A DNA stretch of 39,095 bases, from positions 1 through 39,095 of IMG/VR virus record IMGVR_UViG_3300016665_000018. One strand, given 5' to 3'. Origin of the DNA: a virus. Its lineage: Duplodnaviria; Caudoviricetes. A program made the position numbers and the translations under genes. Of this stretch, positions 26,232 through 35,100 are shown piece after piece; positions within the stretch are counted from its first letter, which is position 1; every line of letters starts with the position of its first letter. The notes beneath the pieces are model-generated. The model saw only the letters and a program-made list of their open reading frames with translations. It was not told the DNA's origin and made no database searches.

Positions 26232-26552
26232 TTAGCTTAGTAGCTCAAGGGTGGTAACGATTTGGTTGTCATACCACTTGGTCTGACCTTTGTCCTCACG
26301 GACTGTTGTGGTCATATAGCCTGACAGATTGACGAAGAACTCTGCATTGTCTGCGAGTAGTGGACGAATCTGGGCGATGATGGTTGGGTCTGTAATGGTG
26401 ACCTGACGGCTAGCGATGAAGCGAGCACGAACTTGACCATCTGGTGTGTATTCAGTTTGACGGGATTGAACGATACCTTTGACAACGGTGCCGTAATCCT
26501 TGACTGACTTGAGTAGAGCATTGTTGAAGTTGAAGCTGTTTACTGTGTTCAT
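26232..26552 (-). CDS. Divergent SSB-like OB-fold protein lacking an acidic tail
   Basis: Strand pattern MNTVN..KD..SRQ..DG..F..VNLSGYMTT..EDKG..W..IV..LELL parallels SSB; SD AAGGAGACTAA. Confidence 0.6.
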   Translation of the reverse strand: MNTVNSFNFNNALLKSVKDYGTVVKGIVQSRQTEYTPDGQVRARFIASRQVTITDPTIIAQIRPLLADNAEFFVNLSGYMTTTVREDKGQTKWYDNQIVTTLELLS

Positions 26553-26587
26553 TGTTTAGTCTCCTTGTTAGTTAGTTACTTTTTGTT

Positions 26588-26622
26588 GGGGAATTCCCCC
26601 GTCACCCTGACGGGGGTTCCCC
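26588..26622. promoter_or_regulatory. GC-rich hairpin in the leader of the SSB-like gene
   Basis: GGGGAATTCCCCCGTCA-CCC-TGACGGGGGTTCCCC; on the minus strand it is followed by an A-rich enhancer and SD, not a U-tract. Confidence 0.65.
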
Positions 26623-26632
26623 TTGGGATAGA

Positions 26633-26986
26633 TTAGTTGCAGTTTGGACAGACTGAGTGTCTGTTATGGGTAAGATGGCAGGACTCGCAGATGGTTTCTG
26701 CTGGAGTCACAGTGACACTGGTTTCTAAATCATACAGACGGTCAACCAGTAGGCTGATTGGCGGGAGGAACTCGTCCTCACGCTCTGTCCAGTCGTGACC
26801 TGAAGGTTGCTCCTGTTGGATAGACCAGATGAACTTGTATTGCATATTACCCTCATCAACTATCTGATGAGCAATATGTATGTCACGACTGTCACGGGTT
26901 TCTTGGCAGTCGGGGCATAGTTCGTTCAGTGCTTGGCATCCATAGCACATAGTTTGGATTGAGATGCCGTTGTCTGTTGTGTTCAT
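26633..26986 (-). CDS. Cys-rich protein with two Zn-binding clusters (first gene of the early arm)
   Basis: CYGC..CPDC and CESC..CPNC; start re-called after SD AGAAAGG. Confidence 0.7.
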   Translation of the reverse strand: MNTTDNGISIQTMCYGCQALNELCPDCQETRDSRDIHIAHQIVDEGNMQYKFIWSIQQEQPSGHDWTEREDEFLPPISLLVDRLYDLETSVTVTPAETICESCHLTHNRHSVCPNCN

Positions 26987-27003
26987 AACTACCTTTCTGT
27001 CCT

Positions 27004-27404
27004 CAGCCACCCTGGCTGGAACAGCCCCAGCAGGACCGCCCTGTCACTCCGACAGCGCCGAGGCGCTGGCGGCGGGGCGCGGCTCTGACGCGCCAGAACG
27101 CGTGGTTTACCACGCGGGCGAGCAATCGGCTTCTGCTTAGGCTTTGCTGATTAGGCAAAGCCTGAAGCCGATTTGACAGGAGCGGTACGCTGGAAAGGAA
27201 TACTGTCGGACTAACAGCGACAGAGCCGCGGAAGCAACGCGGCTCTCGCTGGGGCCGACTTGGTATAAAGACAGCGACAGAGGTTGTCAGCGCGTGGCGA
27301 GGCTGCGACCGAAGCCACGCGGTCCTGACAGCCTGCGCTGTCGGTGCGGGCTGCACAGTCCACGGCTTTTACCTGTGAGCCGAAGGCAATCGGCTCTGCC
27401 GATT
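27004..27404 (+). ncRNA. Large GC-rich multi-hairpin element (structured ncRNA or ssDNA element)
   Basis: More than 10 local stems plus long-range pairings 27024-31/27248-55, 27040-46/27174-80 and 27048-55/27203-10; G.T pairs favour the + strand. Confidence 0.55.
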
Positions 27405-27649
27405 TAGGTTTTTATTTAATAGTCCGAGCGCCAGAAACTATGGTTTATAAGCGAGGCAGACTGTCTGTCAGCCAGCGTCCGCTGGAACTGTACAGGTACG
27501 GCGACAGCCAAACAGGATGGGGTCTAGATGACCCCAGACTGTTTAAAACTGAGCCCTGATAGTATGAGTAACACTGAAAAAGATTTTTCCGTACAGAGCC
27601 TATGCCCCTGCTCCTGTCCTATTATGTCCTATTTTGTATATATGCTTTC

Positions 27650-27665
27650 TGTGAGTTAGCTCACA
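27650..27665. promoter_or_regulatory. Consensus CRP/GlxR-type binding site
   Basis: TGTGA-GTTAGC-TCACA, a perfect TGTGA-N6-TCACA. Confidence 0.55.
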
Positions 27666-27685
27666 CTTTGCAAGCAAAGCGTTCG

Positions 27686-27714
27686 TTTGGGCTGTTTGAA
27701 CGGATTAATACTAT
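27686..27714 (+). promoter_or_regulatory. Possible promoter for the terminase/late arm
   Basis: -10 TACTAT at 27709-14; weak -35 TTGGGC 16 bp upstream. Confidence 0.35.
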
Positions 27715-27840
27715 ATAGGGGCGCAAAGCGCCCACTGATAGTAGCAAGGTCTTTCGGACCTTGCGTTACAGACTGTATCTACTATCTGTTTCTAACTGTC
27801 TGTACTAACTATCAGTATAGTTTATAGATGGGACAGTTCT

Positions 27841-29727
27841 GTGACTTTTCAGAAGGGCAAAGCCAACCCTAGGACGGAGGCTATGGCTGAGGCAAAGGCT
27901 AAAGTAATAGCCCTTGTCTCTGAGGGGTGGACCCCCCATAAGGCTATGGCTGAGGTTGGCAAGCAACCCGATACCATTCGTATCTGGTGTATGAGGGACC
28001 CGAAATTTGCCACTGCCCTAGCACAGGCAAAAGAAGATGCTAAAGAGCGAAGCCTCACGGCTTTGGGGATTGCCCGTGAGGAAATAAGTTTTCCACAGTT
28101 TTCTGAGATGTTTTTGGAGCAGAAAGTCTTTCCACACCATCAAGACTGGATTGACCTACTTGAGGGACGGGAGCCTAGCTGGCTCCACGAGAATATGATT
28201 TACGAGAAGGGCGACCCAAATCGCCTTCTGGTAAACGTGCCACCTGAGCACGCTAAGTCCACCGTTATTACGGTGAACTACTCTACCTACCGCATCGCGC
28301 TAAATCCCAATGTTAGAATCATCGTAGTTTCTAAGACGTTGGTCAAGGCACGTGAGTTCGTGTATGCCATCAAGCAAAGGTTATCCCACCCGCGCTGGTT
28401 GAAGTTGCAGACAACTTTTGGACCAGAAGGGGGCTGGAAAGAAGATTCCGATACCTGGCGTGTTGACACCGTCTATTTGGGAAGCGATGCCCGTAATTCA
28501 TCTGAGAAGGACCCGACTATTCAGGCACTCGGTATGGGGGGTCAAATCTACGGTGCCCGTGCCGACCTAATCATTCTTGACGACTGTATTACTACTGCTA
28601 ACGCTCACGAGTATGAGAAGCAGATTAACTGGCTACAAAAAGAAGTTATTACCCGTTTAGGTAAAAACGGTAAGTTGTTAGTGGTAGGAACCCGAATTGC
28701 GCCAACTGACTTTTATAAAGAACTCCGTGACCCAAAGCATTGGTCAGGGGGCAAGAGCCCATTTACGTATATGGGTATGCCTGCTGTTCTACGTTATGCT
28801 GAGAACCCAAAAGATTGGGAAACACTCTGGGCTAAATCGGATGTTCCCTGGGATGGCGATGAGGACACGCCAGATGAGGACGGATTATATCCTAAGTGGG
28901 ATGGTCCGACCCTGGCACGGCGCAGAGGCGAAGTTACTCCGTCTACGTGGGCTTTGGTTTACCAGCAGGAAGATGTAGTAGAAGATTCCATTTTTCCCGC
29001 TGAACTTGTTCAGGGTTCCATAAATGGGATGAGAAAGCGTGGTCCTTTGAGACCAGGCGCTGCAGGTCATCCAACACAGGTTGAAGGTTATACCGTTGTA
29101 GGTTTTGACCCAGCTATGGCTGGTAACGCTGCATTTGTAGCTATGACTTATAACCGATTAGACGGCAAGATTTATGTGCTGGATGTTCTTAATATGTCAG
29201 AACCTACACCACAAAAGATTAGACAAGCTATTGAGGAATTTGTAGAAAAATTTAAACCACAGGAGTTACGTGTTGAGATTAACGCACACCAGAAAGCGTA
29301 CTCCCTTGACACAGAATTACAACAGTGGTTGGCAACTAGAGGTGTTCGCCTCAATTCTCACTTCACTGGCAAAAACAAATGGGACACAAACTTTGGTGTT
29401 GCAGGAATGTCAACACTGTTCGGCAGCACAAACAACGGAAAGCATCAAAAGAACAACCTCATTGAGTTACCAAGTACTGAAGGCTCTGAGGGTCTAAAGG
29501 CGTTAGTACAACAACTACTAACTTGGAGACCTGAAACCAGAGGTAAGACTGACTGTGTGATGGCTTTGTGGTTCGGAGTATTACGTTGCCGTGAATTTAT
29601 GCAACAAAACTCTGTAGTGCAAAGGTATGCCCATAACCGTTGGGCAACAAGAGCACAAGTAGCAAAACGATACACAGTAAATCTTGACGAGATGATTGCC
29701 GAACAATGGCAACAAACATACGGATAG
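27841..29727 (+). CDS. terL: Terminase large subunit with N-terminal HTH extension
   Basis: VNVPPEHAKST (Walker A), LIILDD (Walker B), VGTR, YQQ, GFDPA and DCVMALWF nuclease motifs. Confidence 0.92.
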   Translation: MTFQKGKANPRTEAMAEAKAKVIALVSEGWTPHKAMAEVGKQPDTIRIWCMRDPKFATALAQAKEDAKERSLTALGIAREEISFPQFSEMFLEQKVFPHHQDWIDLLEGREPSWLHENMIYEKGDPNRLLVNVPPEHAKSTVITVNYSTYRIALNPNVRIIVVSKTLVKAREFVYAIKQRLSHPRWLKLQTTFGPEGGWKEDSDTWRVDTVYLGSDARNSSEKDPTIQALGMGGQIYGARADLIILDDCITTANAHEYEKQINWLQKEVITRLGKNGKLLVVGTRIAPTDFYKELRDPKHWSGGKSPFTYMGMPAVLRYAENPKDWETLWAKSDVPWDGDEDTPDEDGLYPKWDGPTLARRRGEVTPSTWALVYQQEDVVEDSIFPAELVQGSINGMRKRGPLRPGAAGHPTQVEGYTVVGFDPAMAGNAAFVAMTYNRLDGKIYVLDVLNMSEPTPQKIRQAIEEFVEKFKPQELRVEINAHQKAYSLDTELQQWLATRGVRLNSHFTGKNKWDTNFGVAGMSTLFGSTNNGKHQKNNLIELPSTEGSEGLKALVQQLLTWRPETRGKTDCVMALWFGVLRCREFMQQNSVVQRYAHNRWATRAQVAKRYTVNLDEMIAEQWQQTYG

Positions 29728-29734
29728 GAACTAA

Positions 29735-31480
29735 ATGTTAACTATTGAGCAAATCTCAGCCCGCGTAGAGAATCTACGTGAGCGTGCTGCGGAGCGTGAT
29801 TCACGCCAACAAGATGTTCTTGCTGTCCGTAAAGGTCAAATCTCTACTGTTTATCCTGACTTCTTTCCTGAAGGTGTAGACCAGAATGTCGTTGCAAATT
29901 TTATTGATATTGTGGCTAGAGACCTATCAGAAGTTATGGCACCTCTGCCTTCGGTCAACTGCTCCGCGGCGAATCAAGCTAATGACCGCGCTAGGAAATT
30001 TGCTGATACACGCACTCGCATTGCTAATAATTATTTCTCTCATTCGGACTTACAAGTCCAGATGTACACAGGCGCTGATATGTACATCACCTTTGGTTTC
30101 GTCCCGTTCGTTGTAGAACTAGACGAAGAAGCGGGGTTGCCGCGCATACGCATAGAAAACCCAGTGGGTGCTTACCCTGAGTTTGACCGCTATGGGCGCT
30201 GCATATCCTTTACAAAGCGTTACTACACTGCAGTTGGTGAACTAGCTTCCCAATTCCCTGAGTACGCACATATCTTGCTAGGTAAGGAAATGTACAAAGC
30301 AGATATGAACTCACAGATTGAGATTATTCGTTATTACGATAAAGACCAGTCTGTGCTTTATGTGCCAGAACGAAACAACCTAGTCTTATCACACGCAAGA
30401 AATCCAATTGGTAAGATGATGGTAGTTGTGGCAAAGCGTCCATCTATTGATGATGAGATGCGGGGACAGTTTGATGACGTATTAGGTATTCAGTTGCTTC
30501 GCAATAGGTTCGCATTACTTGCGATGGAAGCCGCGGAAAAATCTGTACAGTCACCGATTGTTCTTCCTACTGATGTTAATGAACTTGAGATGGGTGCTGA
30601 CGCGGTTATCCGTACTGCTAACCCAGCTGGAGTTCGTCGTGTAGACCTTAACATTCCACCTGGAGCATTTACTGAACAACAGTTGCTGCAACAGGAATTA
30701 CGTACAGGAACACGTTATCCAGAGGGACGTACTGGAAACATTGATGCCAGCATTATCACGGGACAAGGTGTGCAGGCACTTATGGGTGGATTTGATACAC
30801 AGGTCAAATCTGCACAAGCTATTTTTGCATCAGCATTGCGTGATGTTATTTCTGTTTGTTTTGAAGTTGATGAGAAGTTTTTTGATTATGAAAAGACTAT
30901 CCGTGGTGTAGATGCTGGTAGCCCATATGAAATTACTTATAAGCCAACAAAAGATATTAAGAAAGATTATTCAGCCGATGTTCGCTACGGAATGTTGGCG
31001 GGATTAAATCCAGCACAGGGTCTTATCTTTATGTTACAAGCACTTGGTGGTGGATTAATTTCTACAGACCTTGCTATGCGTGAACTACCATTTGGTATTA
31101 ACGTAACACAGGAACAAGAAAAGATTGAGATTGAGAATATGCGTAAGTCGTTAGTTCAATCTCTACAAGCCTATACACAAGCTATTCCACAAATGGCAAT
31201 GCAAGGCGGGGACCCATCTAAGGTAATCAAGCAAGTAGCTGATGTAATCAAGGCACGCCAGAAAGGCGTGGCTATTGAGGACGCAGTTGAAGAAGTATTT
31301 GCTCCTGAAGAATTACCTCCTGCTGGTGCACCACAGGTTGAGCAACCGTCCCCTGCTCCCGCTGCGCCAGTAGGAGGCGCTATGCCTGAAGGCGCTCCAC
31401 CATCACTACAAACTTTATTATCTAATTTATCACTAGGCGGACAAGCTAGCGCAAGCGCTAGAACTGCTACACGGAGGTAG
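29735..31480 (+). CDS. Portal protein
   Basis: 581 aa directly after terL; portal-like organisation with a Gln/Pro-rich tail. Confidence 0.85.
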   Translation: MLTIEQISARVENLRERAAERDSRQQDVLAVRKGQISTVYPDFFPEGVDQNVVANFIDIVARDLSEVMAPLPSVNCSAANQANDRARKFADTRTRIANNYFSHSDLQVQMYTGADMYITFGFVPFVVELDEEAGLPRIRIENPVGAYPEFDRYGRCISFTKRYYTAVGELASQFPEYAHILLGKEMYKADMNSQIEIIRYYDKDQSVLYVPERNNLVLSHARNPIGKMMVVVAKRPSIDDEMRGQFDDVLGIQLLRNRFALLAMEAAEKSVQSPIVLPTDVNELEMGADAVIRTANPAGVRRVDLNIPPGAFTEQQLLQQELRTGTRYPEGRTGNIDASIITGQGVQALMGGFDTQVKSAQAIFASALRDVISVCFEVDEKFFDYEKTIRGVDAGSPYEITYKPTKDIKKDYSADVRYGMLAGLNPAQGLIFMLQALGGGLISTDLAMRELPFGINVTQEQEKIEIENMRKSLVQSLQAYTQAIPQMAMQGGDPSKVIKQVADVIKARQKGVAIEDAVEEVFAPEELPPAGAPQVEQPSPAPAAPVGGAMPEGAPPSLQTLLSNLSLGGQASASARTATRR

Positions 31481-31482
31481 TT

Positions 31483-31740
31483 ATGCCACCACGTAAAAAA
31501 GTTAGCAAGGCTAAACCACAGCCTAAACGTAGAAGAACTACAAAAGAACCTGTATTAGTAAAGATTGATTTTTGGGCTATTGCAGCTAAAGAAGTTTATG
31601 ATGCCTGTATTCGTGCTGGTTTTGACGAAGGTACTGCAATGGCATTTGCTATGGATAGGTCAAGCTATCCTGACTGGATTATTGACCCACTTGACCCTAT
31701 TAAAAATCCGCTGGACGACTTTGATGAGGATGATGACTAA
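31483..31740 (+). CDS. Hypothetical protein (basic N-terminus, acidic C-terminus)
   Basis: SD GGAGG; ACIRAGFDEGTAM motif. Confidence 0.7.
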   Translation: MPPRKKVSKAKPQPKRRRTTKEPVLVKIDFWAIAAKEVYDACIRAGFDEGTAMAFAMDRSSYPDWIIDPLDPIKNPLDDFDEDDD

Positions 31741-32159
31741 TGTCAATGATGCAACCTACCGATAACCGCGGCGGATACCGCAAGCCTACTAATCCAGCAG
31801 TTGTATCTGGTCCTGGTTCTTTATCACAAAGAACTGATGGTTCACCAACACAACCAGCAACTTATATTTCAGGATTGCCTTATGGGCAAGGTCAAGAAAC
31901 TTACGACCAACAAACTGCTGCACCTATGGCTGGTGTTGAAGAAGTACCTGCTGCAAGACCAGTAAAACCTTTGATTGGTATTAATGAGCCAACTAGATTT
32001 CCTAATGAGCCACTTTCTTATGGAGCAGATTACGGAGAAGGACCAGGACTTAGAGCGGTTGTCAACCAAGGTCCATCATTATTGCAAACTGTAGAGAAAG
32101 CAATTCAGTATGATAATACTGGCTTGATGGAATTTCTATTTAACAGGTTGAATAAATAG
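31740..32159 (+). CDS. Pro/Gly-rich putative virion protein
   Basis: TAATG coupling; VSGPGSLSQRTDG, GLPYGQG. Confidence 0.7.
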   Translation: MSMMQPTDNRGGYRKPTNPAVVSGPGSLSQRTDGSPTQPATYISGLPYGQGQETYDQQTAAPMAGVEEVPAARPVKPLIGINEPTRFPNEPLSYGADYGEGPGLRAVVNQGPSLLQTVEKAIQYDNTGLMEFLFNRLNK

Positions 32160-32162
32160 CCT

Positions 32163-35100
32163 ATGTCACTTCAGGATTTTATTCCCGTAACTGTTGATGT
32201 GGAGACATTACAAAATTCTCCCGAACTTATTCAAGTTCGTACAGCTGGTAATTGGACACCAGAGGAAAATACGTATTTACAGTCATTGTCTAAGATAATG
32301 AACTTAAATACATTTTTAAGCTCTGACCCAGACCTACGCACCGCAAGAGATACTTTTGCACGTCTTGACCCAGCAATTCAACAGGCATTAGTAGAGATTA
32401 ATCCTGAAGCAGAATATGCTAGACCTGATAAGAATTTTTTACAGAAAGTATTTTCTAAAGAAAATAACTATCTACTTCAGTTGATTTCCGACCCATTAAG
32501 AACACTTGGCAAAGCTGCTGATGCTTGGATTGGTGGAGTAGAAAATACTGCATTAAATGTTTTGCAGGCTAAAGACAAAGCTCTACAGGTTGGAGCTGCA
32601 GTATTGGGGCAACCTGGTGCTTTAGAAAAAGTAACCAGTGCAGAGTTTTGGAAAGATGGCTGGAATGGTTACAACAAATGGAACCAAGAAGGCATTCAAA
32701 AATTAGATGAAGAATATGATACTGCTACAGGTGTATTAGCCCGTGGTATCTTAGACGGCAAGAGCGATTACGAAATCTTCAAAGAGTATGGCGTTATTGA
32801 TGACGCTATGGCTGAAGCATATTTCAAGCGTGGTACTCCAGAGTTTGAAGAAATTTTGGCTAGATACCGTGCTAAGAAAATTAATCTTGGTACATTAATT
32901 AATGACTGGGCAAATGGTTTTGCGCCATATAAAGAGAACCCAACAACTATAGATACAGTCAGAGATACTCTGGCTTCTACTGTGCTATCTATTGGCGGTA
33001 TCAGAGGTGTAAAGCGTAACGAAAAAACTGGTGAGTTTGAGACTGAAAAACTATTTGGTCAAGGTTTTGGAGACCCATCTACAGGTTTAGATATTGCTGC
33101 TACTTTCTATGTAGACCCATTGACCTATATGACTATGGGTGGCAGCCGAAGCATTAGTGCTATGAAGGCTGCAAGAACTGGTGAAGAACTAGCTAATGCA
33201 GTTAACCTAAATACTAAGATACAAAAACTAAATGATTTATTTGTTGACCCACAATGGGTTGCTAAGAATGAATCTTTTATTCAGGATTTTGACCAGTATC
33301 GCACAGCACTAGAGAAAAAAGAAACAATCAATGCAGCTAATGCTAGATTAAAGATTTCTTTAGACCATCCAGAATATGATGATGATGTACTACTTGGTAT
33401 CTTAGCTAAGTCTACTGTCAAAAAAGAGGGCGATGAAGTGCCCATTACAGACCTAGATACCTTTAAGTCTTTTCTAACAACTGGTGAATACACCAATTAC
33501 ATCATTAACGGTAGAGTAAATAACTTACTTACAATGCGTGAAGAAAGCGTTGCGTTGCAAAATCGTCAACGTCGTATGGTAAATGGCGCACGTAGCTATG
33601 CAGCAAAGGTATTTCAGGGACTAGACCGAGATGTAGTAATTGGCAAGAAGCCAATGAAGGATGAAGTTGTCAATAATTGGCAGCAACTTGAAGAACAAAT
33701 TCTTAAGCGTCCTACAATTTTGCCTAATGAGGCTGTGACTCCACAGGCGTTGGCTGAAATTGAACGTAATGAAGCACTACTACAGTCATTAACTAAACCT
33801 AAAAAGTATCAAGGCAAAGAATTAAAGAGAGCCTTTGGCGAGTTATTGGCACGTATGCCTTCTAGCGGTGCACAGATTTTTTGGTCAGATGCTTTAGTTG
33901 ACAAGGGTCTACCATTTTTCCGTGACTATGCACGTTTAGTTACTGGCGATAAAATGCGAGCAGAGTTTTTAACACAGTTATACAAAAAGAGTTCGGTTAC
34001 TGACCGTATCAATATTATGTATAACCTAGATAAAATTTATCTAGACTCTATTGGTGCTGCTTTTACAGCTGAAGGTTTAAACTATCGCAATACCGTACTA
34101 CAAAGTCGGTATATGCCAGATAAAACAGCTAGCATTGTTGACTACACAATAGAAACTTCTGATGTATTTAAGAAGTTTGATGACATTAATCCTGTACCAC
34201 CAGGACCATCACAGCTATTTCACACTACAGAGGGTGTAACCCTGCTGCAGTTTGACACAATCATTAAAGATATTTACGACAAAATTGGCGGAATGCGTGG
34301 TGCCGTTAAGGCTAAGTATGGAAAGACTCCAGTCTATAAAGACCTAATCAAAAAAATAGGTTATATGGGCTACATTGGTTCTACCAATGGTTCTTTCTCT
34401 AGAGCTATTAACCGTGGATTTTCGTTTGCATTGCTATTTCCCAAACTTGGTATCAAGGCAGCTTTTGATGAGGCTACAGTTTTAGCCAATGTAACTACAC
34501 CTGCAATGCTTTTTGATTTGCTATATGGCAAAGGTCGTCAGTTAACAAATATCAATACAGCTATTACTGGTTCTAATATGAGCCAAGGCTTTTTGAAAGA
34601 AAAGTTCTTAGATGTAATTGGTAGAAACCCAGCTAAGTTTAGAAGTGCCCAGCAGCGCCGTATGGACCGTGAGATGAAGGAAGTTCAGACAACCTTTGTT
34701 GACCCAGATACAGGCGAAATGGTTGTTCAGACAGAGCGTATTACTGCTGAAGAATTTTTTGGTATGAGCCCAGAAGAATATCTAGTTCGTGGAGCCATTG
34801 ATAAGTATGGTAGTAAGTTAAGCAAAGAAGATATTGATTTCTTAATTGAAGACTATATGCTGGATGGCAGCGCAGCCGATGCTATGGTTGGTTCTATCAT
34901 TGGTGCTACCTTTGGTGAAGCAGTAACTGAAGCTAACCTAGCTAAACAAATGTATGGTGCTAGCCCATTGACACAGGCTATTGAAGCTAGAGGGCTGGAA
35001 ATTCTTGGCAAGCCAGTATGGGACCAGTTCAATAAGTTAAAAACAGCTGAAAGAACTTTAGCTCACTATAGATATTTTTACTTATTGTTTGCTAAGAATG

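Noticed and set aside
27004-27300. tmRNA, tRNA or RNase P RNA (GGGGCCGA start, CAGCCCCAGCA end-like motif)
   Set aside because: No T-loop GTTCGA, no CCA acceptor geometry or tag frame, and no RNase P GAGGAAAGTC core
27003-27559. ORFs 27003-27356 (-) and 27344-27559 (+)
   Set aside because: Atypical GC and Arg/Ala/Ser composition, no SD; open frames arise from GC-rich palindromes
27650-27664. lac promoter vector contamination (15-bp identity to the lac CAP site)
   Set aside because: Flanks do not continue as lac/pUC sequence; treated as a native CRP-like palindrome
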